Below are positions 32,352-44,250 of a stretch of DNA of 64,000 nt, piece after piece (within the stretch, counting starts at the first letter, position 1; each line of letters opens with the position of its first letter). Source of the stretch: Savitreella phatthalungensis (Eukaryota); the NCBI GenBank assembly GCA_051599415.1, contig AP039694.1, positions 62,001-126,000 on the forward strand, in the 5' to 3' direction. The position numbers and the translations under genes were made by a program. The notes under the pieces were generated by a model. The model ran no database searches and was not told the DNA's origin. It was given only the letters and a program-made list of their open reading frames with translations.

Positions 32352-33344
32352 TCAATGTGAGCTGCGTCCATATCGTTTGTCCGCTGCCGCAAACAGCTGC
32401 TCGAGTTCCTTGTGATATTCTTCTTCAGCTTCAACCATGAGAGCATGGCCCTTCGTCGCATATCGAACATTTCTGATACCCTGTCTCTGACCATTCAGAG
32501 AGAGCTCGCGATAAAGGACATCGCTACAAGTAGGATCAATGAGGGCGTCTCGCATACCGGTCACAACTAAAATATCCGGCACGTGACCCCCAATGGATGC
32601 CAGATCACGAAAGGAACAATTATGCGTTATGCACGCCAGGATTTGTCCGATCTGACCTGATATGGATGGAGACTGCATTTGCACCGCTCGAGAGAAAAGC
32701 TGCGTGAAGACGCGGTCGGCGTTCGTGTCATAGTCCGGATATTTCACGTTGTTCGCTGCCAGCCATTCCGAGTCATTGAAAAGACTGTCAATCAAAGCCC
32801 TAACCTTGACCTCGACGGACGGTTTTGGTCTAAAATAATTGAACCAGGAGGCCAATGACTGTGCGCGAGTCCGAGGTGGGTTCTGATGTTTTGCACACGT
32901 CGAGGTCAAGGTCAGTGAACGGATCCTGAGAGGCGCAAGCTTGGCAACCTCGAGGGCAATCATGCCACCCATTGAAACACCATTGAGATGAACTGACCGC
33001 TCCTCTGTCCAACCGACATGATTGAGCAACCACAGAGTATCTTGAGCCAACTGACTTGTCGTATAGCGGCCCCAGGGTTTATCGGACTTGCCAGCACCGC
33101 GATTGTCATACACCAGGATCGTGAAATCGACCCTGCTATCAGCAAACCAAGCAACTGTCTCCCGCCAGGAGTATTTCGATGCGAGTAAGCCCATTATCAG
33201 GCATAGCCTCCGAGGTCCACTGCCATGGACCTCATAGTCAATTGCGCAGCCATCAGGAAGCAGAAATGTGCCGGCTTTGACAGGCGGAGATGCGAACAAG
33301 GCTACTTGCGGATGCTCCAGATTCGCGCCCAAGTCACTCGGCAT
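32352..33344 (-). CDS. Alpha/beta hydrolase
   Basis: YEVHGSG, LIMGL, YDNRGAG.S, nucleophile elbow GVSMGG, D(ALI) and GH(AL) catalytic positions. First ATG is at 33344. Confidence 0.9.
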   Translation of the reverse strand: MPSDLGANLEHPQVALFASPPVKAGTFLLPDGCAIDYEVHGSGPRRLCLIMGLLASKYSWRETVAWFADSRVDFTILVYDNRGAGKSDKPWGRYTTSQLAQDTLWLLNHVGWTEERSVHLNGVSMGGMIALEVAKLAPLRIRSLTLTSTCAKHQNPPRTRAQSLASWFNYFRPKPSVEVKVRALIDSLFNDSEWLAANNVKYPDYDTNADRVFTQLFSRAVQMQSPSISGQIGQILACITHNCSFRDLASIGGHVPDILVVTGMRDALIDPTCSDVLYRELSLNGQRQGIRNVRYATKGHALMVEAEEEYHKELEQLFAAADKRYGRSSH

Positions 33345-33797
33345 GTCTGCTACTGCCAGGGCCGAGCTCTTGATACACTGCAACTTGAATCAGAGCGCGG
33401 GTAAGGCGTTGCAAATTCGCGTAGCGATCTTGATCAGGATCATAAATTGCACCGCGATGACTTAATTTCGAGCTCAATCCTGTTCATAACACATGTGCGC
33501 ATATTTGCTATCCGCAGCGTTCCTGACATCTGATTGGGCGTGAAGTTCATATATAAATATACGAGACACTCGCACAGTTCGCAATGGACAATCTCGTATA
33601 CGAAGAAGGATAAGAAAGGCACCATAGCACAGGTTTTGCTTTGTTGAATTGCCGCACTGTGGCATAAACTCGATATGACTTCATCATTCTTCGATCTTAT
33701 GGAAAAGTCAGCTGCATCGATCATGTTAGATGTCTGAATACCAACTTTGACGAGAGGCATCTCTATCTCCTACGCGATTGACATTGGTTGGACGTTA

Positions 33798-36632
33798 TCA
33801 TGCCTCGAGCATCTTTTGCAGTTTTGCGAGATCTGGATTTGTCGAAGCGGTCTCTCGGAGGGTTGCTTCGGCATAAGATCGCTCTCGACGGACGCGCTCG
33901 ATGATAATTTTGAGATCCGCCTCCTTGACAGGTTTAATGAGCACGTGATTGGCGCCGGCATCTAGATATTCCTCCTGATCTTCGCGCGTAGCATTGCCCG
34001 TCACACCACAGACGAAGGTCTCCAGACCCCCTAGACGAAGTAAATTTACCATTTCTAGCCCTGTGAGCACTGGCATCTGATTGTCCAAGAAGACAATGTC
34101 ATATTGGTCAATCGTCCCATGCGCCTTGCGAACGGCTTGAAGTGCTACCGATCCATTCTCTGCCGATGCGACTGTGTGTCCAAGGCGTGTGAGCATGCGA
34201 GTCATCAATCGTCGAGTGAGCAGATCGTCATCAACCACGAGGATTTTGCATGATTGGCAATCGGGAACGGGTCGGCCAAAGGTGAAACTGGGCAGTGCAG
34301 CTTCTTCGTCGGCAGGTGAGAACGATCGAATGTTGAGCTGTGCAGCACCAGCCGGGGCAGCATCAGGCGTCTTGAGCATCAAAGCATGCGTACTTGGAAC
34401 GCGCTCGATCTCAGACGAGTGCAGCTGCACAAGGCTCGGACGTCGCCCTCCTTCAAGCCCTTCTGATCTCGGACCCTGCGTTCCAATCAAAGTAGCCCTG
34501 TCTGCGATGTGCTCCAACGGACCTGCTCCAGCGTTCGAGCCAGCCCTGTTCGGCAGTCGCGCACCAGCGGTATCATCCAGCTGAGAGGCGTCCAGCTGTG
34601 CGGATTCAGTCGATGTAGTCGTGCCCTGCGTAGAAAGCGGACTTGAGCTCTCAGGACGTGACGTACTTCGGGCCAGGGGAAAGTCTTGCTCTACCCAGAA
34701 GCAGGAGCCACGACCGACTCTTGACTTGAGACCTAGACGACCGCCGGAAAGCTGCACAATGTTGCGCACCAAAGCAAGTCCTAGCCCCGTACCTTTGCCA
34801 CCTTGACGCTTTCCGATCTCGGTTTGTACGTAGGGCGAGAACAGGCGATCGCCCGAGGCGTCCTTGGCACGTATACCGACTCCGGTGTCATGGACCTCCA
34901 TTCGGATGCGCACAACTCTCGAGGCAAGGATGTCAGCTCGTCGAATCACCGTGCTGTGAGACTCGCGAGGCAATGAATCAGGAATCGGATCACCCAATTT
35001 CTCGCCAAATTGAGCCTCTTCGCTGCCAAGCTCTATCGACTCGCAATCTTGCTTTGTGAAAGCAACGCATTGAGTGACAAGACGCACGCTGCCACCAGCG
35101 GGCGTGAACTTGCAGGCATTGTTGAGCAGATTACTCAATACCTGTCGCAAGCGCATCTCGTCTCCCATGACAGCAGGTAACTCTAGTAAGGCCGCATCGA
35201 GCTCTCCCGACAGTTTTATACCCTTGACGTTCGCAGCGGCGTGCGTGCTCAACAAAATAGCCTTGATGGCCTTATTGAAGTCGAACGCAGTTCGAGCAAT
35301 TAGCAGCTTTCCGTTCTCCATGCGATTGAAGTCGAGCACATCATTCAGCACTTTTTCCATCATGCCAAGGCTCCCTTGCAAGACTTCGACCAGCTCGACT
35401 TCGCCAGCATTGCAGTGCTGGAAGACTGATTCAGCGACGAGATTCTGCAGGGCGAGAAGCGCTGTATTGAGGGGTACCCGCACTTCATGGAAAATGTAGT
35501 TCGTCAAGCGTTTTTTAGCGGACTGAGCCTTGGATTCTGCTATTTGCGCCTTTTGTGTAGCCTTGTATTGCGTCTTCAGCTGGTCTCTCAAGGTGAAGAT
35601 GCGCCGCTCGGCCTGTTCGCGCGAATAACTGATGTAAAGTAGGAAACACAGGAAAAACAGGTAATTGAAGAAGTACCGGAGCCATCCGCGACGCTGCGTA
35701 ATAACGGCGACAGCCATCTCGATCAAGATGCCGATGCAACCGAGTGTCACCCAGGCTCGTGTCAACCCGAGCGCGAGCATAGCAAATGCAGGCATAGATG
35801 TCGCGTAGAAGAAAAGCCCCAGGAAATCACGCTCGGAGCACTCCGGACCGGGGGAGTAATAATGGCACAAGCGGATCTGAAGAATGGTCAAGAAAGGCCA
35901 GCAGTAGGTTGCGCCAAATAGAATAGCCTGCCAAACGAGCGGCCAGCGTACCGGCGCATCAAGGGAGACCAAGGGCAACAAAGGCACGACGAAAAGACCG
36001 CTGATGCCAATGTACGCGTAGTAATCGTATATGCCCCAGGGTCGTGGCAACAAGCCGATGATGAGGCCCCACATGATGTAATAGAATAGGCTGACGACCA
36101 GCGCAAGCCTTTTGGAAAGAAACCATGCCTCTTTCTTGAAGGTCGTCTCCTTCTGTTGATCTTGAAAATCTGACGCAAAGAAAAACCAAACGCCGTGCAG
36201 GCAAGCTCTGTAAGTTGAGAAAAACGCGTTTTCATTGCGATTGCCTAAGTCGCTAGCATGTGAGTGGGGTGTATGCGAGGCTTGCGTATCCGCACCTTCC
36301 AGCGCCGCCTCTCTCGCCGATGTATCCTCTTTTGCAACGTGCTCAATAACGACAACATCAATTTCATCGGCCGCATCGTGACCCGTCTCGCCGCCATGTT
36401 CATCCCGGTCAACAGCAGTCTGGCCTGGTTGGAACTGAAAACTCGAGGTTGACCTTCGTGATTGAGACCAGGACCAAGCTCCGTGACTATTCCTGGCGTC
36501 CAAATCACCCAGGCTCCCTTTCATGTTTCCCAGGGGATACGTCAGTGCGGCAAGCGCCCTGGCGATTCGCCGCCATCGGCGCTTCGTATTCCGGGGCTGC
36601 ACAAATGTTGCTTGCGCAGCACTGTGGGGCAT
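33798..36632 (-). CDS. Membrane-spanning hybrid histidine kinase (multi-TM, HisKA, HATPase, receiver)
   Basis: About 6-7 hydrophobic segments, then FHEVRVPLN, NLLNNACKFT, DTGVGI, GTGLGL, and a receiver with LVVDD, FLDNQMP and KPV. Confidence 0.92.
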   Translation of the reverse strand: MPHSAAQATFVQPRNTKRRWRRIARALAALTYPLGNMKGSLGDLDARNSHGAWSWSQSRRSTSSFQFQPGQTAVDRDEHGGETGHDAADEIDVVVIEHVAKEDTSAREAALEGADTQASHTPHSHASDLGNRNENAFFSTYRACLHGVWFFFASDFQDQQKETTFKKEAWFLSKRLALVVSLFYYIMWGLIIGLLPRPWGIYDYYAYIGISGLFVVPLLPLVSLDAPVRWPLVWQAILFGATYCWPFLTILQIRLCHYYSPGPECSERDFLGLFFYATSMPAFAMLALGLTRAWVTLGCIGILIEMAVAVITQRRGWLRYFFNYLFFLCFLLYISYSREQAERRIFTLRDQLKTQYKATQKAQIAESKAQSAKKRLTNYIFHEVRVPLNTALLALQNLVAESVFQHCNAGEVELVEVLQGSLGMMEKVLNDVLDFNRMENGKLLIARTAFDFNKAIKAILLSTHAAANVKGIKLSGELDAALLELPAVMGDEMRLRQVLSNLLNNACKFTPAGGSVRLVTQCVAFTKQDCESIELGSEEAQFGEKLGDPIPDSLPRESHSTVIRRADILASRVVRIRMEVHDTGVGIRAKDASGDRLFSPYVQTEIGKRQGGKGTGLGLALVRNIVQLSGGRLGLKSRVGRGSCFWVEQDFPLARSTSRPESSSPLSTQGTTTSTESAQLDASQLDDTAGARLPNRAGSNAGAGPLEHIADRATLIGTQGPRSEGLEGGRRPSLVQLHSSEIERVPSTHALMLKTPDAAPAGAAQLNIRSFSPADEEAALPSFTFGRPVPDCQSCKILVVDDDLLTRRLMTRMLTRLGHTVASAENGSVALQAVRKAHGTIDQYDIVFLDNQMPVLTGLEMVNLLRLGGLETFVCGVTGNATREDQEEYLDAGANHVLIKPVKEADLKIIIERVRRERSYAEATLRETASTNPDLAKLQKMLEA

Positions 36633-38301
36633 GGCGCAGAAGTCGCGAAAGCCGTTCCACAGACTGGATCTAAAAACCCTGTCTTAAGGAATAGGTTGCT
36701 CGTGATTCATGTTCGAGTGAGCTGTGCAGAGTGTTCCTTAATCTTACAGCCGTACATGCGATATCGAAAGTGGCGCGCACGACACTGCTCTCGAGTAATG
36801 GACAACAGACGTGTACCAGTAAGCAGCAGTCGAGATCTAGGGTGGATCACTGCGCAGCGAACGACTTTCGATTGCCTGACGGGCTTCCGATCGCGCTATT
36901 CTGTGCCCCTTGCGCCGAAGATGTTCTCTGGGAGAGACACTCGGTAAGTCGTCGCAGCGGTGATCAGGAGAGTGATTATCCTGGTATGCCGGTGGTTTGC
37001 AATAGAGTTCCAGTCAGGCTGCTGGCCACAATATGCCTCAGGTAGACAGACAAATCCAGGTCAAAATTGATCGATGTCCATGCGGCTGTTCTCACCAGGT
37101 GAGGCGTAGTCCGGTCCGATGACTTTTCATCGAGCTCTTCCGTTACCAGAAAGTACACGATGAAGCTATGCTCTGAAAAGGAGGATCTATCCAGTACAGG
37201 TGAAAAAGAGAAATAGTCTACTATACAATCAATCTTACCAGGGTTGCCGGACTCATGGCGTCAAGGGGGGGCAGATTTGGTGCGTAAGTATGCGATACTT
37301 GGCAATCCTACAGGATCTGATTAGCTGGTGAACTTTGGTGCCACTAAGCTCATTTGTGTGGTTACTCGCGAATCCTAATTCGATGGAAAACCGAGCACAT
37401 ATCTGTCCTGGGACAATACAAAATACCTACAGTAGATTAAAATATGCGCCAGCGATTCGTATTTGTCCATCCGGCTTCCGAAGCCCCTTGATGTTACACT
37501 ATCAATCTGAGCGTGACCAACTTCGAAAGGGTAATTTGTGTTCCGACTGAATACCGACTTTCAAAAAGATCTAGAATCATAATATATGTGAGCAGAAGGT
37601 TGATCTATTCAGCGGCAATCGAAATTTTTGAGAACCCCTGATAGGACGCTGCGATCTACTCGCTGAACTGAAGCTGCGCTGCGTCTAAGGAAGCCGTTCA
37701 TCAGTGCGGTCATGAGTTGATCACAACTACTATCTTGCTACGTTGGCCCAACGAGCGGTACTGAAAGCTGCCAGAATGTTCGTCTTTCGCAAGAAGCCAT
37801 GGCGTTGCGAGACTCTGAGCATAGTCGGCACTAGAAAAAAAAAAGCTGACTGACGGGCGAGTCAAGTTCACATGGGTAAAGTCCGTAGGCCGATACATGA
37901 ACACTTTCGATTATATAGACACACCATCTCGGCCACTGCCAGATTGTTTTACGATCAAAGGTATGAGATCTGAGCCATTGTTGGGACTCGCCCGCCCATT
38001 TGCGTCCTCAGGAGACCTGATTGCCCGGGCATGTGAATCGCGAGACGCTTTCGTGGGGAAGCCTGCCTCATTGGGCGCTGTCGACATCGACTGAGGGCAT
38101 GCGTTACTGGCATATATGCGCCTGTGTAGCGTATTCAGACAGGTTGCTATCCGCAGTCGGCAGCTTGAGTACCGAGCAGCCCACCAATGGTTGTTTGTAG
38201 ATCTTCAGCGATACGAATTCAAGATTGCGCTTGGTGTTGCACGAGTCCATGATCGCCAAGACAATTTGGTGATGCTCATCATAGGACTCGCGACATGTGT
38301 C

Positions 38302-39555
38302 TCACAGCTCGAAGGACTCCAGCAGCTCGCCTACATCTTGATCTGTTCGCGGCGTCAATTCTTGGACCACGCGTCTTGCCAGATCGACTTCTGAGCTAGA
38401 CCATGCTTCTACCAGCGGATTTGTTGCCGCGGTCAAATTCATATCGATGCGTTCCGCTAGAGCTGTAGCAATCCCTAGAGCGAATGCATCCTCCACCTTG
38501 GTGGCGGACTTGTCGTGCAGAAGAATACCCAATGCAGCAATCAAGGCAGCTTTGCTCGTGAGACGAGAGTGACTCGCGATGCCGCGGCCGAGTAGGGGAT
38601 ATCCGTCACCTGCCGACATGGCTCGAGAGATGCGTGGATACGTTGTGCTCGTTGCGTTTGCAATGAGCCGCATCAGCACGAGCAGAGTTTTCTCAGAAGT
38701 CGGCGATTCGTGTTCGACAGCAGCTTGAATTGAAACAACTTGCTCAAACAACGCTGCAGGAATTCGTTGGGCAGCCTCTTTATCCAGAGCGATAAGACGG
38801 AGAACGTCAAGAGCTGGAAAGGAATCGGCAGGAGGCACTCTGTCAAAGAAACGTTTCAGCTCCGTCAAAAGCAAGATGAAGTCGCTTGCCGAAGGCTGTC
38901 TCCCGTCAAATAATGCTGCGAGCACATGCTCAACCGCGTCGATTTGCATATCAGACATAGCGGAAAGGAGCGTATTGCAGAGTTTCGACAGCGTGGGCTT
39001 GGCGTTGAAAATCAAATCTGGGTGGTCCTGGTAGCCTTGTCTCCTCCTGGCGTACAGAACCTGCGGCTGCGAGATCGATAGTCCTTGTTGCCCATGGGCA
39101 GCGAGTGAGTGTCGTCCATACATGGCGTCTATTTGGGGCCGGAGCATGAGCCCGAGTGGAGTCTCCAAGAACTCTTTTGGCAGCGCGACAATCTCTCCAG
39201 GAATTTCGCAGCCGACAAGAAACTGGCATGCTGCATTGGAAAATGTGTTGCAATTGTGCTCAAGGAGATGGTAGGTGCCGACGCTGTAATCTTTCCTGAT
39301 GGTTCGCAGGAATTCCTGCCAGACCGTATCAGAAATATCTGTCGAGCCCATGTACTTGCGCTCTATCGTCCGTCCGTAGGGCGTTTCGTCAGGCAGGGAG
39401 GACTCGATCCCATTGCCACCGAAATAATATTCCCTACCATGGACCACGACAGCTGTGTGATAAATCGCTTTAAAGTGACGCCCGGTCAATTGCCTCGACA
39501 ATTGTGCGGCAATTCCATTTGACAAGTCGTAGATGTGAAGAAAGACGTCAGTCAT
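38302..39555 (-). CDS. PPPDE/DeSI peptidase fused to a PUL-like helical domain
   Basis: YDLS.G, catalytic YHTAVVV and HNCNTFS; C-terminal FPALDVLRL...LMRLIANA is PUL-like. Confidence 0.85.
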   Translation of the reverse strand: MTDVFLHIYDLSNGIAAQLSRQLTGRHFKAIYHTAVVVHGREYYFGGNGIESSLPDETPYGRTIERKYMGSTDISDTVWQEFLRTIRKDYSVGTYHLLEHNCNTFSNAACQFLVGCEIPGEIVALPKEFLETPLGLMLRPQIDAMYGRHSLAAHGQQGLSISQPQVLYARRRQGYQDHPDLIFNAKPTLSKLCNTLLSAMSDMQIDAVEHVLAALFDGRQPSASDFILLLTELKRFFDRVPPADSFPALDVLRLIALDKEAAQRIPAALFEQVVSIQAAVEHESPTSEKTLLVLMRLIANATSTTYPRISRAMSAGDGYPLLGRGIASHSRLTSKAALIAALGILLHDKSATKVEDAFALGIATALAERIDMNLTAATNPLVEAWSSSEVDLARRVVQELTPRTDQDVGELLESFEL

Positions 39556-40597
39556 AGAGTCCCGAGTCTTTGCTGCTTCTTGCCCGATTTCTGAGCGGAT
39601 TGTGAACCTTGAAGCGGGCGAGGAGCTTTGAGGTTACCTCAGTATTGCGGCTGACATGTGATGAAACCATTAGCAAGGCTTCGAGTTCGGAGGACGCGTA
39701 AGACTTCCATTTTTAGATATGATCCAAATTCTCCGCAGATGGTAGCCGTGTACGTAGCTAGGTGTGTCAAATTGCATTCCAATACAGGGTGATCGATCAT
39801 TCAGTTGAATGCTTGGTTGACAATCTACAGGCAGGACTTAATTTAGATCTGTGGAATACACGAACACCACATCAAGCTCCCTCGAATATGTGGCAAAGTA
39901 AGTCGAGAAACGAGAAGTCTTTGGCTGACGCCACACGGTAACATGCGGATGGCATCGGCATAGCTACCTCCTGTCTTTAGCGACTACAGCATGCAATTTG
40001 TCCATGGTGAGGGGCGAGAGTAGCCTTTGATATGCACTCAAAGTTTTTGGCTCACGGTTTGGCTCACGGCGAAATAGGATTACAATCCTTGACATTCATC
40101 GGTGTTTGCACATGTCACGCAGTGGAAGACACAGCCGGTCTCGACGAGCCTACGCCACCGACAAGGACTAGGTGCCGACGCCTGGAAGAGTCAGGCTCAA
40201 CTCGTACGCGGGCCGATGGTCTCGTAGCCTTGCATGGGCTTGGACTCCTTGCCGGGTCCTGGCTACAAACGCCTAGACTCAAGCAGGCGCATGCCGTGCC
40301 CGTGCCCCGCTGGACCGAGACAGTCGGTTTTCAGCCACGAGAGCTTCGCCACAATTGGAAAAATTTCTGGCTTTTGGAATCCTCACACAGATCGTCAGGC
40401 TAGCAGAGGGCCAGGTCACACCAGCACAGGATCAGACAGAGTTAGCGCAAGACCTGCGAGATGGACAGCAAGGTGGAATGTCGTGACGTTCCTGCCAGTG
40501 CCGACTCTGCTGAGGGACAAGAGATTGAGAGGGAGTCTTTGAGTTTGCGTACGAGCTGAGCAAAGATTCCTCAGATCTACCTATCCGTGTTCAAAAA

Positions 40598-41696
40598 ATG
40601 GCTGCCGCTCGGCCCATAGACGTAGGACTCGAGATCCCGTCCCGGACTTCTGGGGATGCGTCGACTGAGGTTCGATCCACAGACTATGCTTCCAGAGTTC
40701 CTTCGTGGCTACCCTTTCTGAAGGCCGATCACTTCGCTCACCTGCAAGAACTCCGCAGGTCGCTCAAATTGCCATATCCAGGGACAGTCGAGCATATCTC
40801 GAAAGAAGTGCAGATGGACGTGCAGCTGTCGCGGCTCATGTTCTCAGGTATACGCGCTGATATTACGAAAGTCGGCAGTATCTCACCCTCAGTGTTCCAC
40901 CTGACTCACTCATTTTCCGCAGGCAGTCAGGTCCTGCCTCCTTACTCGCTTTCAGCAGCATTCGCTACAAATCGCGTCTTTATGAACGGCAGTGTCGATA
41001 ACGATGGTTCCGTTTCGGGACGCTTTCATGTTGGTTGGTCCGAGGAAAGCACAACCCATACTACTAAAATTCAGACGCAAACCACTGCGTCGCCTGGCCA
41101 GTCAATGCTTCAGCTCGAGCATGATTGGAGGGGCAGTGATTTCAGTATTAACGTCAAAACCGTCAATCCTTCCGTACTGGACGGCGAGTTCTCAGCTGTA
41201 TCGATCTTCCATTATCTGCAGAGTGTCACGCCAAGTCTCGCGCTCGGCCTTGAAGCAATCTGGCAAAAACCGCCTTCGACAGCCGGCCGAGGAGACCTCA
41301 GTGTCATATGTCGGACGCTACGTTCAGCCAACCTGGGTGGCTTCTGGTCAATTTTCGCCGCAAGGTATACTGAACATGTGCTTCTGGAAAAAGCTGTCGC
41401 CAAAAGTCGAGGCCGGTGTGGAGTGTCAGCTGATCAAGGCGACTGGGCCTATGGGTCAGGTGAAGAGCGAGGGCACAACGACCTTGAGTGCTAAATACGA
41501 CTATCTGCATTCGACATTGCGTGCACAGCTAGACACGAAGGGCAAGCTGCAGTGCCTTTTCGAGAAGCGATTATCAGGCGCTGTATCTCTGACATTTGCA
41601 GCTGCCCTCGATCATTTCAAGAACACTGCGATCGTCGGCATGGGGGTCAATCTCGAGATGCCAGCATTCGACGATCCTAATATGTCAATGCAGTAG
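40598..41696 (+). CDS. TOM40: Mitochondrial outer-membrane translocase Tom40; reading frame changes by +1 within 41267-41303
   Basis: Frame A reads PGTVE.ISKEV...QLEHD..GSDFS.N.K..NPS...YLQSVTP.LALGLE. Frame B continues SY.GRY...KKLS.KVEAG.E...KYDY...RAQLD..G...EKRL. The joined product would be about 365 aa. Confidence 0.9.
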
Positions 41697-42171
41697 GTGT
41701 CTAATTCCTAGTATATGTAGAAAGTCGTCCTCAAACTACGTGCAATGCCGGATTCCCCTGAGATGACTATGCTTCCGCGACATGGGGGACATGATACCTG
41801 GAATCATCGCTCGACTGGAGCTGAACAGGCCAACTCGTGTATCACTGTGCTGGAAGACAACAAGCAATCGACGGCCGCGGGACGTTTCGATCGGATCCTG
41901 CATTCAAAACGAGACACTTTCACATTTGTGCATACGCGCAGGGCACAATCGAGAAAAATTTTGTCCCACAGGTCGAGTTCACCTGACAATCTTGAAGGTG
42001 CGGCCTACATCGATTCACGTTGCGACGAAGTCCACGACATTGTCTCTACAATTGTGTCTAGGTCAGCGGGGACAAACTCAGCACAGTGCCCTTTGCAGCT
42101 GTGCCAGCCAAATACTTGCGCCCGTATCTCTGTATAAATAGCACTGGTAGAGTTGAGTATCAGTCGAAACG

Positions 42172-43494
42172 ATGTCGGACGCACAGCAGGCACAGAATGC
42201 CGAGAACCAGGTAGAAATCTGGAAGGTGAAGAAACTCATCAAGTCCTTGGAGCAAGCACGCGGCAACGGCACATCTATGATCTCGCTCATTATCCCGCCA
42301 AAAGATCAAATCTCTCGAGTGACAAAGATGCTCGCTGACGAGTATGGCACAGCCTCAAACATCAAATCCCGAGTGAACAGATTATCTGTGCTTGGCGCTA
42401 TCACTTCAACGAAGGAACGACTCAAGCTCTACAATCGAGTGCCGAAGAATGGTCTTGTGGTCTACTGCGGCGACGTGATCACTGAGGAGGGCAAAGAGCG
42501 AAAGCTGAACATCGATTTCGAGCCCTTCAAGCCAATCAACACATCTCTCTACCTTTGTGACAACAAGTTTCATACTGAGGCTCTTTCGGAACTGCTCGAG
42601 TCCGACACACGGTTCGGCTTCATTGTTATGGATGGCAATGGGGCGTTGTACGGCACACTCACCGGTAATACGCGCGAGGTGCTTCATAAATTCACCGTGG
42701 ACCTGCCCAAAAAGCACGGACGAGGCGGACAATCTGCTCTGCGCTTCTCGCGTCTTCGAGATGAAAAGCGCCACAACTATGTGCGCAAGGTAGCTGAGAC
42801 GTCAGTTGGTATTTTCATCACGGCAGACAAGGTCAATGTAACGGGTCTTGTGCTTGCTGGTAGTGCCGACTTTAAGACTGAGTTGGCACAGTCTGACATG
42901 TTCGACGGCAGGCTGCAAGCGAAGATTTTGAAAGTAGTCGACGTGTCATACGGCGGTGAAAACGGCTTCAATCAGGCCATCGACCTCGCTGCCGAGACAT
43001 TGTCGAACGTCAAGTTTGTCCAGGAGAAAAAGTTGGTGCAACGATACTTCGACGAGATTTCCAAAGATACCGGAAAGTACTGCTTCGGCGTCGACGACAC
43101 CTTGAAGGCGTTGGATGCAGGAGCAGTCGACATGCTGATCGTCTACGAGAACCTTGATGTGCAACGCTTGACACTTCGCAATGACGAAGGGAAAGAAGTT
43201 GTAGTATATGCAACACAGAAGCAGGAGGAGGCCCAGCCTGATCTTCTGAAAGACCCAGATTCGGGGACTGATCTTGAAGTCGTCGAACGACAATTGCTGC
43301 TAGAGTGGCTCGCAGCGAAATACACGGATTTCGGAGCACAACTCGAATTCATCTCCGACAAGTCACAAGAGGGCAACCAGTTTGTTAAGGGCTTTGGTGG
43401 TATTGGTGGCACTTTACGCTACAAGCTTGACCTGGCGCAGCTCGCCGAGGACGACGATGAGTATTACGACGACGACGACGACGACGACGATTGA
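42172..43494 (+). CDS. SUP45: Eukaryotic peptide chain release factor eRF1
   Basis: [39 protein letters not shown], acidic tail. Confidence 0.98.
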   Translation: MSDAQQAQNAENQVEIWKVKKLIKSLEQARGNGTSMISLIIPPKDQISRVTKMLADEYGTASNIKSRVNRLSVLGAITSTKERLKLYNRVPKNGLVVYCGDVITEEGKERKLNIDFEPFKPINTSLYLCDNKFHTEALSELLESDTRFGFIVMDGNGALYGTLTGNTREVLHKFTVDLPKKHGRGGQSALRFSRLRDEKRHNYVRKVAETSVGIFITADKVNVTGLVLAGSADFKTELAQSDMFDGRLQAKILKVVDVSYGGENGFNQAIDLAAETLSNVKFVQEKKLVQRYFDEISKDTGKYCFGVDDTLKALDAGAVDMLIVYENLDVQRLTLRNDEGKEVVVYATQKQEEAQPDLLKDPDSGTDLEVVERQLLLEWLAAKYTDFGAQLEFISDKSQEGNQFVKGFGGIGGTLRYKLDLAQLAEDDDEYYDDDDDDDD

Positions 43495-43605
43495 ATTCCC
43501 AACCATGCTGATAGATAAGGCGCCCTTCCACAGCAACCTGCATCCTCTCGTCCTAAAATTGTCTGTATCGCCTCCCGATGGGAATATGCTTTGGCTGGTA
43601 GACTG

Positions 43606-44250
43606 TCAACCGGCACAGATGCGGTAGCTGCTGTAGCGACCGGCTGTCTCTGACTTGCGGATGATCTTAACCACTTGGCCTCTACGAAGACCGTAATACC
43701 GAGCGACCGGATCTGCGACCTGGATGCGTGGGAGTTGTGTTTCCTTGAGCTTGTATTTGAGTAAAAGCTCCTGCTTTTCTTCACGATCCAAAATGATGTG
43801 CCGCGGCACTAGCTCGTGATGGGTGATATTGACTACCAAATCGGCTTCTTGGAAGGTGTCAATTTGGAATCGCGCTGCCAGCGCCGCGATAATCTTGTTT
43901 GAGGCCGGCGACATACTTCGTTCATAAATGAGGATCCCAACCTTGTGGTGGTTGAGGGTCAAATTGTCGACGAAATTGCGCATCTCCTTTATCCCAACGG
44001 TCGGATCTTGTGCAAAGGCTACATAGATTTGACCGAGTCCAGAAGACTCTCGACCTCTAGCAAAGAAAGTGAGCTTTGCCTTATCGAGCTTGCCGTCGAC
44101 ACTCGAGCAGTACGTTGCACGGAACTGGTCTATAGTCAGCTCGAGCTCTTCCGCGGCAATTGCATAGCCGCGATCATGCACGAGTTGGTGAACGGTCTTC
44201 CAAACTCTGTAAGCGCGCACAACCGCTCTGTCGTCCAGCGTGCTGCTCAT
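43606..44250 (-). CDS. RPB5: RNA polymerase I/II/III shared subunit Rpb5
   Basis: DRGY, LVVNITHHELVP.H, QLPRIQ..DPVARYYGL.RGQVVKIIRKSETAGRY. Confidence 0.97.
   Translation of the reverse strand: MSSTLDDRAVVRAYRVWKTVHQLVHDRGYAIAAEELELTIDQFRATYCSSVDGKLDKAKLTFFARGRESSGLGQIYVAFAQDPTVGIKEMRNFVDNLTLNHHKVGILIYERSMSPASNKIIAALAARFQIDTFQEADLVVNITHHELVPRHIILDREEKQELLLKYKLKETQLPRIQVADPVARYYGLRRGQVVKIIRKSETAGRYSSYRICAG

Noticed and set aside
37256..37345. Possible micro-exon gene (ATG...GTAAGT)
   Set aside because: I found no convincing spliced ORF or recognisable product.
40030..40545. GC-rich segment with an Sm-like AATTTCTGG and a TTTGGCTCACGG direct repeat, considered as an snRNA or other ncRNA
   Set aside because: No recognisable snRNA, SRP, RNase P/MRP or telomerase signature. 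An Infernal/Rfam search would be needed.
42172..43494. eRF1 near a frameshifted TOM40 as a sign of a variant genetic code
   Set aside because: The GTS, TASNIKS and YxCxxxF motifs are canonical, all three stop codons end genes in the window, and I saw no in-frame stops in conserved genes.
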